Origin: Octopus vulgaris
Lineage: Eukaryota
Direction: 5' to 3'
Assembly (NCBI GenBank): GCA_951406725.2
Contig: OX597826.1
Location: 47,554,001 to 47,618,000, forward strand
Length of the DNA: 64,000 nt
Below, one piece after another: positions 57,077-64,000 of this stretch. The first letter of the stretch is position 1. Every line of letters begins with the position of its first letter. Under the pieces are notes generated by a model. The model made no database searches, was not told the DNA's origin, and was given only the letters and a program-made list of their open reading frames with translations. The position numbers and the translations under genes are program-made.

Positions 57077-57668
57077 GGGTGGCAGAATCGTTAGTACGCC
57101 GGGCGAAATGCTTAGCAGTATTTCGTCTGCCGTTACGTTCTGAGTTCAAATTCGGCCGAGGTCGACTTTGCCTTTCATCCATTCGGGGTCGATTAAATAA
57201 GTACCAGTTACATACTCTGAGGTCGATATAATCGACTTAATCCGTTTGTCTGTCCTTGTTTGTCCTCTCTGTGTTTAGCCCCTTGTGGGTAGTAAAGAAA
57301 TAGGTATTTCTTCTGCCGTTACGTTCTGAGTTCAAATTCCGCCGAGGTCGACTTTGCCTTTCATCCTTTCGGGGTCGATTAAATAAGTACCAGTTACGTA
57401 CTCTGAGGTCGATATAATCGACTTAATCCGTTTGTCTGTCCTTGTTTGTCCTCTCTGTGTTTAGTCCCATGTGGGTAGTAAAGAAATAGGTATTTCGTCT
57501 ACCGTTACGTTCTGAGTTCAAATTCGGCCGAGGTCGACTTTGCCTTTCATCATTTCAGGGACGATAAATTAAGTACCAGTTACGCACTGGGGTCGATATA
57601 ATCGACTTAATCCCTTTGTCTGTCCTTGTTTATCCCCTCTGTGTTTAGCCCCTTGTAGGTAGTAAAAA
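57077..57668 (+). mobile_element. SINE family A head-to-tail trimer
   Basis: One head, then three core-plus-tail units with a 186-bp period. GAAATAGGTATTTC junctions at 57297 and 57483. Confidence 0.93.
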
Positions 57669-58512
57669 AATAAGATAGATAGATAGATAGACTGGTGGGC
57701 GGCCGGACGAACGGATGAATGGATGAATGCATGAATGTAAGTATGTATGTATGTATGTAAGTATACATGCATGCATATTATGCTTCGCACTGATGTATAT
57801 TTGTATGTATGCATTATTTGAAGCCTTTATGCTAATTCTGCAGGTCGCAACATACAAAACATTATGCGTGTATGTGTATGAGCGTGAATGTGTAAATGCA
57901 TATGTTTCCGTCTGTCAGTCTGTCAATCTTTCTTCTTTCTTACATGTACATGCGCAAGTAAAATTTATACACCCAAAAGAATTTCGACATCTTTGAATGT
58001 TAATTGAGAATATTTAAAAACTAAATTCAGCTGTAATTTCTAAGTCTGGAAATCATGCTAATATAATAGTAATAATAAGCTACAACTTAGGGTCCCGTAA
58101 AAGCAGTGTCCTTGAAATAACATTTAATTTAAGCACAAAGCTTGCAGTTTTGAAGGAATGGGGGTTAGCTGATTACATGAACTTAATTAGTACCTTATTT
58201 TATTAACTCCGAAAGGATGAAAGGAAAAGTTGACCTTGATGGGATTTGAATACAGAAAACGAAGAACCGAAGCTAGTACTGGTTTCAAATTTTAGCACAA
58301 GGCCAACAATTTCGGGAGATGGGATAAGTCGATCACAACAACTCCAATGCTCAACTGGTACTTTTTTTATCGACTCCCAAAGGATGAAAGTCAAGATCGA
58401 CCTTGGCGGAATTTGAACTCAGAACGTAAAGACGGACGAAATGCCGCAAAGCTGTTCGCCCGGCGTGCTAAAGATTCTGCAAACGCGGTGCCTTGACAGT
58501 CGAAACTAATAT

Positions 58513-58592
58513 GGTATATGGCGTAGTGGTTAAGTGCGCGGGCTGCTAACCCCAAGATTCCGAGTTCGATTCCTGGCAATGACCTGAATAAT

Positions 58593-58626
<34 letters not shown>

Positions 58627-58771
58627 TCGAAAATACCTTAGGAATGAAAACCTAGGTTCGAAATTTATCCAAGACACCTGATGGAAGCAGAGAGTATAAC
58701 AGCCAAAATGTTGTGTTAACAACAAACAAGATGAGGACAAATATCCGTCGAATGTAAATAATGTAAATAAT
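58513..58771 (+). mobile_element. SINE family D, second copy (hammerhead decayed)
   Basis: TGGCGTAGTGGTTAAG A box, GAGTTCGATTCC B box, (AAC)n linker, GACAC-CTGATGG...CAGCC-AAAA-TGTT-GTGTT. TSD GAAACTA(A/G)TAT at 58502-58512 and 58772-58782. Confidence 0.85.
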
Positions 58772-59480
58772 GAAACTAGTATTGCTTTCAAATTTTGACG
58801 CAAGGCCAGCAATTTCGGGAGATGGGATAAGTCGATCACAACAACTCCAATGCTCAACTGGTACTTTTTTTATCGACTCCGAAAGGATGAAAATCAAGAT
58901 CGACCTCGGCGGAATTTGAACTCAAGAAATACGGAGAATCAGCCCCGATACAGGACTCGTTCTCTATTTAACGACCTCGCAATGATTGAAAGTCGAAACT
59001 AATATGGTACACCGTTGGAATTTAAACTTGAGGGTCATTAAAGCCAGAATAATAACAACAACTACAACAACAACAACAACAACATCGCCAAATGAAAACC
59101 CAGGTTCTGCTAATTGGTCAGTTTAATTGCAGAGAGTATAACAGCCAAAATGTTGTGTTAACAACAAACAAGATGAGGACAAATATCCGTCGAATGTAAA
59201 TAATGTAAATAATGAAACTAGTATTGCTTTCAAATTTTGACGCAAGGCCAGCAATTTCGGGTCGGGGCAAGGCGATTACATCAACTCTGGAGCTCAACTG
59301 GTACACATTTTATCGACTCCGAAAGGATGAAAATCAAAATCGACCTCGGCGGAATTTGAACTCAAGAAATACAAGAATCATCCCCGATACAGGACTCGTT
59401 CTCTATTTAACGACCTCGCAATGATGAAAGCCAAATTTGACACCGTTGGAATTTAAACTTGAGGGTCATTAAATCCAGAA
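58687..59480. repeat. Local tandem duplication (about 58687-59050 / 59129-59480) with scrambled linker
   Basis: The SINE D tail, SINE A fragment and downstream flank are all repeated at near identity. Confidence 0.85.
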
Positions 59481-59817
59481 TGATAACCGCTAGGAAATAA
59501 ATCCAACACGCCAATGATTCTGCTAATTGGTCAGTTTAATTAGAAATATATGCATTTGTAAATATTAACTGTCGTAGATTAGCGATAGATTGCTCCAGTG
59601 ATGTAATGATCTTTAATCTATTCAGATCTTTAATCTATTCATAAAACTACTGACTGACCCGGTTTAGTCTCTTTGAGCCCCTGAATTCATGGACGGATTA
59701 AAATTTAGTGCAGTAAGTTTGTATAGACATGATTGTGAGTGTGTCTAGTTTTGTATTGAATCCATCAGGATATGTATAGGAATATGTTGTGTGAACTATC
59801 ATGCCATATCATATATA

Positions 59818-59858
<41 letters not shown>

Positions 59859-59960
59859 TCAGGGTGAGTACTTGATAATTGTAAGCACCTGTATATACCG
59901 TTTGGTGGTGTAGGTGGTGGAGTAAATTAATCAAAATAAATACATGATGCCAAGGATTCA

Positions 59961-60038
59961 GCGGTACATATGTTTCGGGCCTTTATTAGACGGATTTATA
60001 ACAATGCATAATGTGTGTCTGTGGTCTTCTTCAGCCGC
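59961..60038 (-). ncRNA. Type I hammerhead motif in a PLE-like remnant (about 59855-60170)
   Basis: GCGG-CTGAAGA-AGACC-(loop)-GGCCC-GAAA-CATATG-TA-CCGC: perfect stem I, palindromic stem III, GUA site, imperfect stem II. Confidence 0.75.
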
Positions 60039-60176
60039 GTACAACTACTACCTCAAGGACATGTATTACATCAAAAATTCTACGTTGGGGATGCAAATCC
60101 TCTCATTCGCGTACGACATAATGCGGCAACAGCATAAAAATGAAGCGTCCATCTCGTCCTTCTCTCAATATATATA

Positions 60177-60530
60177 TATACTGGTAAGCTACTGACTGCA
60201 TACCATACGTTTTATTATCTAATACACACACACACACACACACAAGAAGGAAGTTCTAATGAGAACTAGATGTCCTTCATTCCCAGTGGTTCATATTTTG
60301 ATTAACCTAAAGCTGAAACTCTAATAGGTGCAATTACTCTGGATCAGAGGAAACCTGGGAACAATAGTGGTTAAGAGGTGGTTCCATATTCCTTGAGACA
60401 GACCTTAGAACTCCCGTAACAGGGGCCCACTACGAGATGTAGTTTAAAGTCATACCTAGGACATAGATAACATGTGTGTGCATGTATTAGATAATAAAAC
60501 ATATGGTATGCAGTTGGTAGCTTACCAGTG

Positions 60531-60532
<2 letters not shown>
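60177..60532. repeat. About 50-bp inverted repeats (60177-60226 / 60483-60532) bounded by (TA)n
   Basis: CTGGTAAGCTACTGACTGCATACCATACGTTTTATTATCTAATACA versus a near-exact reverse complement. Confidence 0.8.
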
Positions 60533-60561
<29 letters not shown>

Positions 60562-60567
60562 GGAGAG

Positions 60568-60745
<178 letters not shown>

Positions 60746-60758
60746 GTTGTTGTTGTTG

Positions 60759-60795
<37 letters not shown>

Positions 60796-60807
60796 CATTA
60801 TTATTAT

Positions 60808-61085
60808 TCAGTAGTCCTATTTTTATCACGTGCTTTCACTGCATTACCGAATGCAGCCCTGTGTGCCTTGGGTAAGTGTTGTGGTTAGCTGTTGATGCTC
60901 TTATTTTTACTGTATTGGAAGTGTTTTACGTAGGATGTGTGCGGTGTCTATTAGTGCTATTTTCTTTATGTTATATATACCTGTAAGTCCTGGTATTTTT
61001 GTCATATATTTGCCTGAATACTTTATCATACCTAAGGCGTCTATTATGATAGTAATTGCTTGTTTTTAAACTCCACATTCGAGTT
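60808..61085 (-). mobile_element. 3' end of an R4/Dong-clade LINE (restriction-like endonuclease tail and 3' UTR) in (AAT)n
   Basis: KDLEIEVTRMW.LKT...ALGMIK...KIPG.....IKKIAL..TAHILRK*, then a UTR ending in (AAT)n. Confidence 0.85.
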
Positions 61086-61102
61086 ACCTCTATTTCCAAA
61101 TC

Positions 61103-61189
<87 letters not shown>

Positions 61190-61264
61190 CATGATTATTA
61201 TTATTATTATTATTATTATGATTATTATTATCATTATTATTATTATTATTATCAATATTATTAC

Positions 61265-61314
<50 letters not shown>

Positions 61315-61511
61315 GCAGTATACTTGAATGCTGTACACCTTACCAGATATTTTTGAGTCAGTGTCCACATAAATATTACACTCCAAAAGTCGTGATGCGT
61401 TATAACTGTATTATCCAACCTGATGTAGATTAAATTGCTCTAAATCTGAGTTGCAAAATAATGGAATAATCACAAAACGAATTACTGAAAGTGCTATATT
61501 TCCAATGCTTT

Positions 61512-61574
61512 TAATACGCGTGTTTCAAGATGTTGCGTAACAAATTGTTAGGCAGATTTAATCCTCTTCAGTTA
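61512..61574 (-). ncRNA. Degenerate type I hammerhead motif
   Basis: TAA-CTGAAGA-GGAT-(loop)-ATCTT-GAAA-CACGCG-TA-TTA: short stem I, near-palindromic stem III. Confidence 0.5.
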
Positions 61575-61592
61575 TTACAAGCGAAATGCATT

Positions 61593-61878
61593 AAATTCAA
61601 ATCTACTTCTATATGTAGTAGACTGGCTAAGTAAAGGCGCAGGAAACCATAGAAAAAAACTTTAGAAACAAACGGAAAAAGAAAACCAAAATTCAAATCT
61701 ACTTCTATATGTAGTAGACTGGCTAAGTAAAGGTGCAGGAAACCATAGAAACTTTAGAAACAAACGGAAAAAGAAAACCAAAATTCAAATCTACTTCTAT
61801 ATGTAGTAGACTGGCTAAGTAAAGGTGCAGGAAACCATAGAAAAAAAACTTTAGAAACAAACGGAAAAAGAAAACCAA
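61593..61878. repeat. Three near-identical tandem copies of a 92-97 bp unit
   Basis: Units start at 61593, 61689 and 61781 and differ by one substitution and poly-A length. Confidence 0.95.
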
Positions 61879-62471
61879 TAGAAAACTTTTATTATAGGAT
61901 CTACACCTGACCCAGTCAAATTAAGAGCGTCTCTTCATAAGCATTCCTTTATTAATGAAAGCTTAAAGTTTTCTACATGAGAAACAGGATATTTCTACTT
62001 TGAAATCTGAGTACATTTGATATAACATTAATGATTGTAGATTCAAATGAACATTACTAAGGCGATAGATAAAGCCTTCAGATTCTGTTTATTTGAAGCC
62101 CTCGAAATTTCATAAGCTAATAGTGTGAATTTGCAAAACAAATCTAACGAATTAATTCCAAATTATAAACATATATTAAGTTTAACGTTGCATTACCTTA
62201 GGGAAAATGGTAAATATTACTTAATTAAATCGAGATTTCTTTTCTTTTTTCTTATCCTTCTAAATTTCTTCCCAATATCTCCATTCTGCAAGTCTTTATT
62301 ACGGGCTTCGCTGATTTTTTTCCTCTCTATCCTCAAGGTTTGAAATGAGGTTCCTCGTCTCCTAAATTAGTACCACAAGAACATCCCAGCTTTATATTTT
62401 TTACCGTCTGCTTACTTCTTCGGAGAATACCTACCTCTTTTACATTTGTCCTTTCAAAGATCCATCTAGTG

Positions 62472-62825
62472 CAGGGGTTCTCAACCATTTTTTTAATCCA
62501 TGGACCCCTTTGTTTACTGTTTTATTCTGGTGGACCTCCTTAGTCATTCGATGTTTAAAACTTCTTTCAAAATTCCTATTTTCTATTTCATTCATTAATT
62601 TGTGTAAGTTGAACTATGTAAAATGCTAGAAAACGAAACCTAGCTGTTTTTTTTGCAATACATACTAACACATACATTTAAAATAAAAAAATTTTTCAGG
62701 GGCCCTTAGAATATTATTGTAGATACCCAATTTACTATTTTGCTGCGTAGACACCGCCCCCCCCCAAAAAAAAAAATCTTATGTGGACCCTCAGGGGCTA
62801 TATGGATCCCAATTGAGAAGTACTG
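62472..62825. mobile_element. hAT (Charlie-like) MITE
   Basis: TIRs CAGGGGTTCTCAA / TTGAGAAGTACTG, subterminal GGACCC repeats, 8-bp TSD (A/G)TCTAGTG. Confidence 0.9.
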
Positions 62826-63221
62826 GTCTAGTGTATACGAGCATATAAACTTAAGGATTTACCTGAATGACACTTTAACTCGACTACTCGACACATTGAC
62901 TTGACTTCACTTATATGAAAACTGCTGAAGATAACGTGTTCTTCGGTTACTTGTACTAATAGTATTTATGGTACCTATATTTCTATCGCAATAACACTGA
63001 CTGGCTCACAAATAATATCTTAAGTGTGGACTCACTTAAATGAACACCTTCTAACCGTACTTAACTATTTTCTAAGACCATTCTTGAACTTATACTTTGA
63101 GGCACTGCTCAGGAATCAGGACTATAACTGATTGAAAAATACATGCAACAATTTGAATCTCTTAATATTGTATTTTTCTGTTATGCTTTATTTGTTTATG
63201 TATATATATATATATATATAT

Positions 63222-63441
63222 ACTCTTTTACTATTTCACTTGTTTCAGTCATTTGACTGCGGCCATGCTAGAGCACCGCCTTTGATCGTGCAACTCGACC
63301 CCGGGACTTATTCTTTTGTAAGCCCAGTACTTATTCTATCGGTCTCTTTTGCCGAACCGCTAAGTGACGGGGACATAAACACACCAGCATCGGTTGTCAA
63401 GCAATGCTAGGGGGACAAACACAGACACACAAACACACACA

Positions 63442-63480
<39 letters not shown>

Positions 63481-63642
63481 ACGACGGGCTTCTTTCAGTT
63501 TCCGTCTACCAAATCCACTCACAAGGATTTGATCGGCCCGTGGCTATAGTAGAACACACTTGCCCAAGGTGCCACGCAGTGGGACTGAACCCAGAACCAT
63601 GTGGCTGGTAAGCAAGCTACTTACCACACAGTCACTCCTGCG

Positions 63643-63645
<3 letters not shown>
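63222..63645 (-). mobile_element. SINE family B, full length
   Basis: Near-consensus copy. Confidence 0.92.
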
Positions 63646-63687
<42 letters not shown>

Positions 63688-63960
63688 TTGGTGAATGCGC
63701 ATGGCTTAGTGGTAAGGGTATTCGGCTCACGGTCGTGCGCTCGATTCCCAGGGCAACACACATTATTCTTTGTTCCTCCAGTCCACTCAGGTGGCAAAAA
63801 CGAACAGTACCTATGCATCAAAGGGGCAGCTTTGTCACATCCTCTGTCACGCTGACTCTCCTTGGGAACTATGTTAAGAGGATGCGTGTCTATGGAGTGC
63901 TCAGTTAATTTCACGTGCTGGCTGTTCTGTAATGGCCTTGACCTTCGGAGTAGGATAGGC
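63688..63960 (+). mobile_element. SINE family C-related, diverged
   Basis: GCGCATGGCTTAGTGGTAAGGG head, TCGATTCCCAG, and CTCTGTCACGCTGA...GGAGTGCTCAG blocks shared with 34266. Confidence 0.75.
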
Positions 63961-64000
63961 TCACATCCCTTCCCCTCAAGCACTGATGCCTCATTCGCTT

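Noticed and set aside
61593-61878. CRISPR-like array (TCTACT..GTAGA hairpin resembles a Cas12a repeat)
   Set aside because: Whole units are identical with no unique spacers, there are no cas genes, and the context is eukaryotic.

Overview
AT-rich eukaryotic DNA, almost certainly an animal; the SINE families and the extreme microsatellite load resemble an octopus or other cephalopod genome (inference). No intact host protein-coding gene is recognisable, and nearly all listed ORFs are translations of (AT)n, (GT)n, (AAT)n, (AAG)n or (CAC)n repeats. The window is a transposon graveyard: four or five tRNA-derived SINE families, three mariner remnants, a Tc1 fragment, a hAT MITE, a Helitron fragment, RTE and R4/Dong LINE fragments and several Penelope-like (PLE) remnants. 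There is a 100-N gap at 51659-51758. Main signals found by reading the sequence: (1) about nine type I hammerhead-ribozyme motifs, two near-intact ones in the inverted pseudo-LTRs of a Penelope element; (2) a TSD-flanked tRNA-headed SINE carrying a hammerhead; (3) SINE concatemers with a fixed palindromic junction, one inserted as a single unit; (4) a 70-bp TATCGATA minisatellite, many short-range inverted repeats, a G.U-rich hairpin, and candidate micro-exons in unique-sequence islands. Coordinates were counted by hand and may be off by a few bases. Family names come from remembered motifs, not database searches.
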